Source of the DNA: Thermoplasmata archaeon
GTDB lineage: Archaea > Thermoplasmatota > Thermoplasmata > Lutacidiplasmatales > UBA184
Assembly: GCA_021816955.1 (NCBI GenBank)
Contig: JAKAWP010000003.1
Coordinates: forward strand, 5,344 to 69,343
Reading direction: 5' to 3'
Length of the DNA stretch: 64,000 nt
Shown here piece after piece: positions 17,812 to 25,787 of this stretch. The translations under genes were made by a program, and so were the position numbers. The notes below the pieces were generated by a model. It did not search any database. It was not told the origin of the DNA and was given only the letters and a program-made list of their open reading frames with translations. Every line of letters starts with the position of its first letter. Position 1 is the stretch's first letter.

Positions 17812-19085
17812 TCCGGGCCGAAACCGTCGTGCGCGGGATCGGCCAACTCGCCACGCTCGCCGGCCCACCCGGCCCCCGCCGGGGAGCGGCGGCCCGCGAC
17901 CTCGGGATCGTGGAGGAGGCGGCGTTGGCGGTCGATGCCGGCCGCGTCGTCTGGACCGGGCCGGATCGCCTCCTCGACCGGTTCGTCCGGCGCCGTCCGG
18001 GAGGGCGTTGGTTCGACGCAGCGGGGAGCGTCGTCGTTCCCGGGTTTGTGGACGCTCACACCCACGCGGTCTTCTTCGGCGACCGATCGGACGAGGTCGA
18101 ACGGAAGCTGTCGGGCGCCTCGTACGGCGAGATCGCCCGTTCGGGGGGCGGGCTGTACGCCACCGTGCGCGCGACCCGGCACGCGAGCGACGCTGAGCTC
18201 GAGCGCGCGGCGGCCGCCCGACTGGGACGGATGGCCCGGCACGGCACGACGGCGGTGGAGGTGAAGAGCGGCTACGCGCTCTCGCACGCGGGCGAGCTGC
18301 GGCTCCTGCGGGTGATCGGCCGCCTCGGTCGCCGGCGGCGGGGCCCCCGGGTCGTCGCGACGTATCTCGGCGCGCACGCCGTGCCCGACGAGCGGCGTTC
18401 GGATCGGCGCCGCTACGTCGACGAGATCGTCCGACGCACGGTACCCGCGGTCGCCCGGGAGCGGCTCGCGCGGTTCGTCGACGTCTTCTGCGAGCCGGGG
18501 TTCTTCTCGCCGCGCGAGTCGCGGGCGATCCTCACCGCGGCGCGGCAATCGGGGCTCGACGGGAAGATCCACGCCGATGAGTTCGTCCGTTCGGGCGGAG
18601 CGGCGCTCGCCGCTCGCCTTCGCCTCCGCTCCGCCGACCACCTTCTCGCCGCGACGGCGCGCGACCGGGAACAGCTCGCGCGCGCGGGCGTGACCGCGGT
18701 GATCCTCCCCGTCACGCCGTTTGCGTCGCTCGCCTCCCGACGGAGTCCGGGCCGCGAGCTCGTCGACGCCGGCGTCGCGGTCGCCCTCGGAACCGACTGC
18801 TCGCCGAACTCCTACGTCGAATCGATGCCGATCGCGCTGAACCACGCCGTCTACTCCGCGCACCTGACCCCCGCCGAGGCGCTCACGGCGGCGACGGTCA
18901 ACGCGGCCTGGGCGGTCGGTCTCGAAGGGGTCGCGGGACGGCTGACCCCGGGCCGACCCGCCGACTTCGCGCTGTTTCCGGTGCGCCGGGTGCGGGAGAT
19001 CCCGTACCGGATCGGCGTCGAACCGGCCGCGGTTTTTCGAGAGGGGAAACCGCTTTTCTCGGGAGCAGTGCGCCCGTACTTCTAA
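17808..19085 (+). CDS. hutI: imidazolonepropionase
   Basis: In-frame ATG 17808 overlaps the rnz stop (ATGA). PGFVDAHTH, VEVKSGY, GAHAVP and IHADEF blocks. Confidence 0.9.
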   Translation: MIRAETVVRGIGQLATLAGPPGPRRGAAARDLGIVEEAALAVDAGRVVWTGPDRLLDRFVRRRPGGRWFDAAGSVVVPGFVDAHTHAVFFGDRSDEVERKLSGASYGEIARSGGGLYATVRATRHASDAELERAAAARLGRMARHGTTAVEVKSGYALSHAGELRLLRVIGRLGRRRRGPRVVATYLGAHAVPDERRSDRRRYVDEIVRRTVPAVARERLARFVDVFCEPGFFSPRESRAILTAARQSGLDGKIHADEFVRSGGAALAARLRLRSADHLLAATARDREQLARAGVTAVILPVTPFASLASRRSPGRELVDAGVAVALGTDCSPNSYVESMPIALNHAVYSAHLTPAEALTAATVNAAWAVGLEGVAGRLTPGRPADFALFPVRRVREIPYRIGVEPAAVFREGKPLFSGAVRPYF

Positions 19086-19124
19086 ATAGGAGGGGTTCTC
19101 TCTCGCCGACTGAGGTCGCCCACT

Positions 19125-19340
19125 ATGGCGGAACGCGTTGGAAAGGAGCAGATCAAGCGAGAGAAAGGCTACCTGTACTACCTCGGCAAGGACGGGTACA
19201 TGTGGCGGACGCCGACCAAGCTCAACAAGTCCGGCCGCAAGAGCCGCGTCGGCACCGAGAAGATCACGCGCGAGGACGGCTACATGTACTTCCTGAACAA
19301 GCAGGGGTACGTCGCCCGCGCGAAGATGAAGAACGCCTAG
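19125..19340 (+). CDS. small basic protein with an internal tandem repeat, unknown function
   Basis: 71 aa, Lys/Arg-rich. KEQIKREKGYLYYLGKDGYMWR aligns with TEKITREDGYMYFLNKQGYVAR (12 of 22 identical by my count). Has its own TATA-like CTAAATA (19081-19088) and is followed by a strong terminator hairpin. Confidence 0.6.
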   Translation: MAERVGKEQIKREKGYLYYLGKDGYMWRTPTKLNKSGRKSRVGTEKITREDGYMYFLNKQGYVARAKMKNA

Positions 19341-19362
19341 ACGGCGGTCGCGCGATTTCGGA

Positions 19363-19400
19363 GGAACCTTCCCTTCGGGGAAGGTTCCGTTTTCTTTTCG
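19363..19400 (+). terminator. stem-loop plus T-tract terminator
   Basis: GGAACCTTCCC-TTCG-GGGAAGGTTCC is a perfect 11-bp stem with a UUCG loop. It is followed by GTTTTCTTTTCG and sits 22 nt after the stop at 19340. Confidence 0.55.
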
Positions 19401-19755
19401 CTCGGGAGTTCCGACGGGCTTCGTCCGTTGGCGGGGGGGGTAACGGCGGGAGTTCGGCCCTCCTGGATGGCCGGCCTGCTATCGGGTGGACGGGCTGTTC
19501 GCCCGTCCGTTCGACCCGGCCCGGCGATCGGCCCCGGTCGAGCGCGGTGCCGACTCGGAGTTCGACCGTCGAAGGGGTCGCCCGTTCCCTCACCGACCGA
19601 CGGTCGTCGAGAGCGCTCGGTGACCCCGAAGCCCACGGAGCGGGGGTCGCGCCCACCGCCCCGTTGTCCTCCCCCAAGTCGCGCGTACGAACGGAGGCCA
19701 ACGGCCGACTCCATCCGTCGCAGCCCCTAAGAGCGGGCGGCGCTCCTCGTTGTTC

Positions 19756-19947
19756 ATGCCGTGCCGGTACGACTCCGACGACCCGACCAAGTGCGACCGG
19801 TGCGGCGCCGTGCTCTGGGTCGCGGACGAAGGCTGGTTCTGCGGGGAGTGCGGGGTCACGATGCCGTGCACGATGCGGCTGCTCCCGGGGGTCCCGCCGC
19901 CGGCGGACCCCCCGCCTTCCGACGGCCGGGGAGCCCGGCTCCCGTGA
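19756..19947 (+). CDS. small zinc-ribbon protein (CxxC...CxxC), hypothetical
   Basis: MPCRYDSDDPTKCDRCGAVLWVADEGWFCGECG. The stop overlaps the GTG of the downstream NUDIX gene (GTGA 19944-19947). The track ORF begins at TTG 19750; ATG 19756 is more likely. Confidence 0.45.
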   Translation: MPCRYDSDDPTKCDRCGAVLWVADEGWFCGECGVTMPCTMRLLPGVPPPADPPPSDGRGARLP

Positions 19948-20552
19948 GCGAGCGACGGCGGTTCTGTCGGTTCTCGCGTTCGCCCGAGACCGCCGCGTTC
20001 GGTTTTCCCGAAGTTCCGGAGGGCGGTTTCTGCCTCTCCGCGTTCGTTCTCCTGACCTCCCGGGAGAAGCCCCACCGCGTGCTGATGGGCCGCCTCAATC
20101 CCGCGGCCGACTGGGAGCGGCTCGGCGCTCTCGATGCGTCGCGGGTCGAGGCGCACCGCCACGGCTGGATGCTCCCGTCGTCGCACCTCCTCTTCGGGGA
20201 GAGCCCCCAAGAGGCGGCCGCGCGGATCGTGCGCGAGCAGCTCGAGCGGCCGCCCCAGCGCCTCGACGGGCCGCTCGTCGTCTCCGAGGTCTACACCCCT
20301 AAACGGTTTCCCGACCGGCCTCGACACTGGGACCTAGAATTCCTGTTCCGGGGTTCGCTGCCCGAACGCGAGCGGCCCCGCCCTGCGGCGTGGATCGATC
20401 TCGCTTTCGTCGATCCGCGCGAGGTTTCCCGCCGGGCGATCGCGCGTTCCCACGAGGATGTCCTCGCTTCCGCCGGGCTCTTCGACAGCGGGGAGTCGGC
20501 GGACGGCCGGTCGGGTCCCGACGCGCGGGGGCGTCGACCGGCCAGAGCGTGA
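19944..20552 (+). CDS. NUDIX-family hydrolase (divergent)
   Basis: In frame with track ORF 19761..20552. GESPQEAAARIVREQLE resembles the NUDIX box Gx5Ex7REUxEExGU. About 202 aa. Confidence 0.65.
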   Translation: MSERRRFCRFSRSPETAAFGFPEVPEGGFCLSAFVLLTSREKPHRVLMGRLNPAADWERLGALDASRVEAHRHGWMLPSSHLLFGESPQEAAARIVREQLERPPQRLDGPLVVSEVYTPKRFPDRPRHWDLEFLFRGSLPERERPRPAAWIDLAFVDPREVSRRAIARSHEDVLASAGLFDSGESADGRSGPDARGRRPARA

Positions 20553-20826
20553 CTCTGGAAAGGAGTTCGGCGTGCGACGACCGCCGAGCGCACGATTTCC
20601 GTCGAAGCACCCAAATAGTACGGACACGTCCGGGGCCCTCGGAGGGTCCGCGACGGGTGCCTCGCGAGACGCCAACGCCGAAGATTTCCCTTCGTCCTCG
20701 GGGTGAAACACCTCCTCCCCGGAGCCGTTTCATCCCCTGGGCGGTGGGGAGATAGCCGACGGGCGCGATTCGCTAGCGGATCGACGACCGAGTCGCCCGT
20801 TCGCACGGCTGTCCACCGAGGCCAAC

Positions 20827-23613
20827 ATGGCAATTGCACGAAAGAGATCGGCTGCTCCTTCCGACGAACCGACCGAGCGAGCCGCGGCACGGCTCGGGCG
20901 AGAGCCGATCCCGGTCCCGCGGCTCGTCCCGCGGGGCCAGACCGCGTTCGACACCGTCGAGTGGCGCACTCACGATGCGGTCATCAAGGGGGCGGACGGC
21001 AAGGTCATCTTCGAGCTGAAGGGGATCCGCGCGCCGAAGAGCTGGTCGGACACCGCGGTGAACATCGCCGCGTCGAAGTACTTCCGCATCATCCAGGGCC
21101 GCAAGGAAAACTCCGTCGAAGGGATGATCCGGCGGGTCTGCCACTGGATCGCCCAGAAGGGGCTCGAGCTCGGCTACCTCGACCTTGCCGAAGAGGCGAC
21201 CACGCTCGAAGAGAGCCTCTCGTACCTGATGGTCCACCAGATGGCGGCGTTCAACAGCCCCGTCTGGTTCAACGTCGGCGTGCGGGAGCCGCCGCAGTGC
21301 TCGGCGTGCTTCATCCAGTCGGTCACCGACGACATGGACTCGATCCTCGCCCTCGCGACGAGCGAAGGTCGCCTGTTCAAGGGCGGTAGCGGGACCGGCT
21401 CCAACCTCTCCGCCCTGCGCGGCAGCCACGAACGGCTCTCGGGCGGCGGGATCGCGAGCGGTCCGGTGTCGTTCATGCGGGCCTTCGACGCGCTGGCGGG
21501 GGTCATCAAGAGCGGCGGAACGACGCGCCGCGCCGCGAAGATGGTGATCCTCAACATGGACCACCCCGACATCGAGGAGTTCATCGACTGCAAGGTGAAG
21601 GAGGAAGACAAGGCGCTCGCCTTGATCCGGGAGGGGTACTCGTCGAACTTCGACGGGACGGATCCGGACAGCGCCTATGCCTCGATCGCCTACCAGAACG
21701 CGAACCACTCGGTCCGAATCCCGAACGCCTTCATGGAGGCGGTCGTGAATGACGGCGAATGGAAGACGTACAACCGAACCGATCACGCGGTCGCGAAGAC
21801 GTACCGCGCGCGCGACCTCTGGCGCAAGCTGGCCTACGCGGCGTGGCGGTGCGGCGACCCCGGCGTGCAGTTCGACGACATCACGAACGACTGGCACACG
21901 TCGCCGATGTCGGGGCGGATCAACGCCTCGAACCCGTGCAGCGAGTACCTGTTCCTAGACGACACCGCGTGCAACCTCGCCTCGATCAACCTGATGAAGT
22001 TCCTGGACGAACGCGGTGCGTTCGACCTGGATCGGTTCCGGGACGCCGTCCGGACGATGATCCTCGCGATGGAGATCTTGGTCGACGCCTCGAGCTACCC
22101 GACGGCTGCGATCGCCCAGAACTCCCACGATTTCCGGCCCCTCGGGCTCGGCTACGCGAACTTGGGCTCGCTCATCATGCATTACGGGCTCGCCTACGAC
22201 TCCGACGGCGGGCGGGCGCTCGCGGCGAGCCTCTCCGCGTTCCTCTCCGCCGAAGGGTACCACATGTCGAGCGAGATCGCGAAGCGGATGGGACCGTTCC
22301 CGGGGTTTGCGAAGAACCGCAGCCCGATGCTGCGGGTGATGAGCAAGCACGCGCAAGCCGCCGAGAAGATCGAACCGCACGACGCGCGCCTCGTCGCCTA
22401 CGCCCGCGCGGCCGCCGACCGCTGGCGCGAGACGGTGAAGGCCGGGGAGCTGTGGGGGTACCGCAACGCCCAGATCTCGGTGATCGCCCCGACGGGGACG
22501 ATCGGGCTGCTCATGGGCTGCGACACCCTCGGGCTCGAACCGGAGCTCTCCCTCGTCAAGACGAAGAACTTGGTCGGCGGCGGAGTCCTGCGGATGGTGA
22601 ACCGCACCGTGCCGGACGCCCTCGCCAGCTTGGGATACTCGCCGGAGGCGATCCGATCGATCGTCGCGCACGTCGAGTCGACGGGGTCGATCGAAGGGGC
22701 TCCCGGCCTCAAGCCCGAGCACCTCCCCGTGTTCGACTGCGCGCTCGCGCCGTCGGGCGGCTCCCGCACGATCGCGCCGATGGGCCACCTCCGCATGCTC
22801 GGCGCGGTCCAGCCGTTCTTGTCGGGCGGCGCCTCGAAGACGATCAACCTCCCCCACGAGGCGACCGTCGAGGATATCGAGCGGATCTACCTCGAAGCGT
22901 GGCGGCTCGGGATCAAGAGCGTCGCCCTCTACCGGGACGGCTGCAAGGCGTCCCAGCCGTACGAGACGGCGAAGGGGAAGGCCGCCGCCCCGACGACCCC
23001 CGTCGGTCCGCGCGGGCCGGCGCGCGAGCGCCTCCCCGACGAGCGCAAGGCGATCACGCACCACTTCCAGGTCGGCGGGCACGACGGCTACGTCACGGTC
23101 GGCCTCTATCCGGACGGACGGCCCGGCGAGATCTTCTTCCGCGTGACGAAAGAAGGATCGACGGTGAACGGCCTGATGGACTCGCTCGGCATCTCGATGT
23201 CGATGGCGCTCCAGCACGGCGTCCCGTTGAAGGACCTGGTCCGCAAGCTCGCCCACCTGCGTTTCGAGCCGGCCGGCGCCACCAACCACCCGAAGATCCG
23301 GTTCGCGAAGTCGATCCCGGATTACGTCGCCCGTTGGCTCGCCGCGGAGTTCCTGACCGAAGACGAACGTCGGGCGATCGGGCTCGAGAACGGCGAAGCG
23401 AACGGCAACGGCCACGGTGCCGGCCCGGTCGCTTCGTCGTCGGCGGGGCCCGCGACGAAGTACGAGACGAAGCCGCTCGACGCCTTCGCGCCCCCGCCCC
23501 CGGGCGGGGTCAGCGACGACGCCCCGAGCTGCCACATCTGCGGCGGGATCATGGTCCGATCGGGGACCTGCTACGCCTGCACCGTCTGCGGCGCAACGAG
23601 CGGCTGCTCCTGA
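20827..23613 (+). CDS. nrdJ: adenosylcobalamin-dependent (class II) ribonucleotide reductase
   Basis: 928 aa. Contains KSWSDTAVNIAASKYF and NPCSEYLFLDDTACNLASINL (active-site Cys loop). The C-terminal Cys-rich tail is CHICGGIMVRSGTCYACTVCGATSGCS. Confidence 0.95.
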   Translation: MAIARKRSAAPSDEPTERAAARLGREPIPVPRLVPRGQTAFDTVEWRTHDAVIKGADGKVIFELKGIRAPKSWSDTAVNIAASKYFRIIQGRKENSVEGMIRRVCHWIAQKGLELGYLDLAEEATTLEESLSYLMVHQMAAFNSPVWFNVGVREPPQCSACFIQSVTDDMDSILALATSEGRLFKGGSGTGSNLSALRGSHERLSGGGIASGPVSFMRAFDALAGVIKSGGTTRRAAKMVILNMDHPDIEEFIDCKVKEEDKALALIREGYSSNFDGTDPDSAYASIAYQNANHSVRIPNAFMEAVVNDGEWKTYNRTDHAVAKTYRARDLWRKLAYAAWRCGDPGVQFDDITNDWHTSPMSGRINASNPCSEYLFLDDTACNLASINLMKFLDERGAFDLDRFRDAVRTMILAMEILVDASSYPTAAIAQNSHDFRPLGLGYANLGSLIMHYGLAYDSDGGRALAASLSAFLSAEGYHMSSEIAKRMGPFPGFAKNRSPMLRVMSKHAQAAEKIEPHDARLVAYARAAADRWRETVKAGELWGYRNAQISVIAPTGTIGLLMGCDTLGLEPELSLVKTKNLVGGGVLRMVNRTVPDALASLGYSPEAIRSIVAHVESTGSIEGAPGLKPEHLPVFDCALAPSGGSRTIAPMGHLRMLGAVQPFLSGGASKTINLPHEATVEDIERIYLEAWRLGIKSVALYRDGCKASQPYETAKGKAAAPTTPVGPRGPARERLPDERKAITHHFQVGGHDGYVTVGLYPDGRPGEIFFRVTKEGSTVNGLMDSLGISMSMALQHGVPLKDLVRKLAHLRFEPAGATNHPKIRFAKSIPDYVARWLAAEFLTEDERRAIGLENGEANGNGHGAGPVASSSAGPATKYETKPLDAFAPPPPGGVSDDAPSCHICGGIMVRSGTCYACTVCGATSGCS

Positions 23614-23631
23614 GCGGCCGGTCGGGGCCGG

Positions 23632-24024
23632 TCAGCGGAGCGCGTAGCGCGCGAGCTCGACGATCTCGCGCAGCGGGACCGACGTCCCGGCGGTAGCCCT
23701 CCCGCCGAACGCCGCCCACAGGCCGCCCGCGGGGAACGCCGGATCGTCGCCCGCCGGGATCGCTCCCACGGTCGGCGCGCACCCGCTCGACAGCCACTCG
23801 AGCACGACGACGAGCGCGCCGAGCGGCCCCGAATCGGTCCGCAGGACGAGGGCGCCGTCGTCCGTCCGACCGCGCTCGACGCGCGCCTCCTCTTCGTACA
23901 GGTGGGCGATCCGCCCGGGCCGGCCGGGCGGATCGTCGGGGGCGTCGCGCCAAGCGATGCGCGCCCCCTCGGTCTGGAACCGCGTGGCGAGGCCGGGATC
24001 GATCATCGGGACGGGCGCGGTCAC
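23632..24024 (-). CDS. hypothetical protein coupled to the DUF2400 gene
   Basis: C-terminal 130 codons of track ORF 23632..24591. GTG 24024 overlaps the DUF2400 stop as GTGA (alternative ATG at 24006). I recognise no motif. Confidence 0.45.
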   Translation of the reverse strand: MTAPVPMIDPGLATRFQTEGARIAWRDAPDDPPGRPGRIAHLYEEEARVERGRTDDGALVLRTDSGPLGALVVVLEWLSSGCAPTVGAIPAGDDPAFPAGGLWAAFGGRATAGTSVPLREIVELARYALR

Positions 24025-24899
24025 GCCGCCCTCACCCGGCGCCAGAGCCGGCAATCCGGCCGCAACGCGCACGGCGCGCACCGGACGATCTCGCGCCGCT
24101 TCGGGCACGCCTTGGAGACGCCAGTGTGGCAGAGGACGAAGTCGAACCGGACCGGGTCGATCGGATCGATGCGGCGGAGCGCCTCGGTGACGTCCTCCAC
24201 GGCCGCCCAGCTCGGGGTGCGCCGGTCGGTGAGCCCGATGTTCCGGGCGATCCAGAAGACGTGCTGGTCGAGCGGGACCCTCAGCTCGCCGGTCGGGACG
24301 GTCGTCCAGACGCCGAGGTCCGGGTAGCGGTCGCGGACCATCCAGCGGACGAAGAGCGTCGAGCGTTTGCAGGCACTTCGAGTCGGGTCGAGCGGGCTCG
24401 GGAAGAGGCGGGCGTAGCCGGCCGGCGCGCGGGCCGGTCCGCTCCGAAGGTACCGGGCGAGCCGGTCGAGGCCGCCCGCAAAGCCGCCGTCCGCAAAGCC
24501 GGTGGCGAACACGCGCTCGAGCGTCTCCCCCCGCTGGTAGAGCGCCGTCAGACGGCCGAACAGGTAGACGAGCTGATCGCCGCGGATCCATCGGTGGCGA
24601 AAGCCGCGGAGGCGCCGCGCGATCGCGCGCGCGTGATCCGGTTCGACGACGGCGGCGAGGTCGCCATCGGCCGCGCGCGTCACGGTCGCGATCGCCCGCT
24701 GGATCGAGGTGGTGGTCCCGACGGCGAGGACGGAGCCGAGCGCACCCGCGACCTCGGCACGGCGGGGGTCGCGGGCGAACGGGCGCAGGGTGCCGAGCGG
24801 GTCGTGCTCGAGCGAGCGGTCGAACCGGAACTCCGCGTACAACCGTTCGAGATCATCAGCGAGGGTCGCGGACGGTCCGGCCGACATCCGGGCCTCCAC
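24021..24899 (-). CDS. DUF2400 / TIGR02757-family protein
   Basis: CKRSTLFVRWMVRD, PLDQHVFWIARNIGL and C-terminal CPKRREIVRCAPCALRPDC; 292 aa. Confidence 0.8.
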   Translation of the reverse strand: MEARMSAGPSATLADDLERLYAEFRFDRSLEHDPLGTLRPFARDPRRAEVAGALGSVLAVGTTTSIQRAIATVTRAADGDLAAVVEPDHARAIARRLRGFRHRWIRGDQLVYLFGRLTALYQRGETLERVFATGFADGGFAGGLDRLARYLRSGPARAPAGYARLFPSPLDPTRSACKRSTLFVRWMVRDRYPDLGVWTTVPTGELRVPLDQHVFWIARNIGLTDRRTPSWAAVEDVTEALRRIDPIDPVRFDFVLCHTGVSKACPKRREIVRCAPCALRPDCRLWRRVRAA

Positions 24900-24991
24900 G
24901 CGCGGTGCGAGGGTTACGTTTGCGCCCCCGGGTCGGGGGGCGCGGCCGTACCCTGTACGCCTAACTACTTTCGCGACGTGGCCGGGGCGCG

Positions 24992-25783
24992 ATGGAGAGC
25001 GCCCCGACGGTCCGTCCGGGGATCGATAAGGCGTGGCTCGACCGGGCCTTCGCCTCGGAGCCGCTCACCCATGCCTTCGGCGTATGGGACTTGGCTGAGT
25101 ACCCCGACCGCGCCGACTTCCTCTCTTGCCACGACGGAAAGACGACGATCGGCTACCTGTTGCTCTGGAAGGGAAACCCCGCGATGCACGTCGTCCATTG
25201 GGTCGGCGGCGATCGGCGCACCCTCGCGTTCCTGCCTCACCTCCCGTCTCCGCCGCTCGTCGCGATCGTGCCGGACGAGCTCTCCTACGAGGTACGCAAG
25301 GCGCTCGCCGGTGCGCCGGCGTTCCCGATCTTGGGCCAGCTCCTCGACCCGCGCGCCAAGCACCTTCCCGAAGCGGACTCGCGGATCCGCCCGCTCACGC
25401 GCGCCGACCTGCCGACGCTCAGCGCCTGGGCGACCCGCCAAGCCGACCCGATCGTGTCGGGCTACGCGACGGTCGACCTGGACCGCGAGCGCGTCTGGGG
25501 CGCGTTCGACCGGGACGACTTGGTCGGGGTCGCCCGGGCCCAAGTCCGCCACCCGGCGCTCTGGGTCCTCGGCGGGGTGTACGTCGCGCCGAAGGCCCGC
25601 CACCACGGCTTCGGCCTCGGCCTCACCGTGGCCGGCATCTTAGCGGCGAAGGAGGCGGGCGCGCGCACCGGCCTCTGGGTGCGCGAAGATAACTGGGAGG
25701 CCCGGGACCTGTACGACGCGCTCGGTTTCCGCACCGTCGAACGGCGCTCGTGGATCGAGGCGCGGGCGTCCGCGCGCGCCTAG
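24992..25783 (+). CDS. GNAT-family N-acetyltransferase
   Basis: C-terminal acetyl-CoA motif VYVAPKARHHGFGLGLT and ARDLYDALGF. Confidence 0.75.
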   Translation: MESAPTVRPGIDKAWLDRAFASEPLTHAFGVWDLAEYPDRADFLSCHDGKTTIGYLLLWKGNPAMHVVHWVGGDRRTLAFLPHLPSPPLVAIVPDELSYEVRKALAGAPAFPILGQLLDPRAKHLPEADSRIRPLTRADLPTLSAWATRQADPIVSGYATVDLDRERVWGAFDRDDLVGVARAQVRHPALWVLGGVYVAPKARHHGFGLGLTVAGILAAKEAGARTGLWVREDNWEARDLYDALGFRTVERRSWIEARASARA

Positions 25784-25787
25784 CGGC

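Noticed and set aside
19401-19749. Identification of the non-coding gap as RNase P RNA or SRP RNA
   Set aside because: Neither strand contains GGAAAGUCC-type CR-I, ACAGAA-type CR-IV or the GGAAGG..AGCA helix-8 signature. It is kept only as an unclassified candidate.
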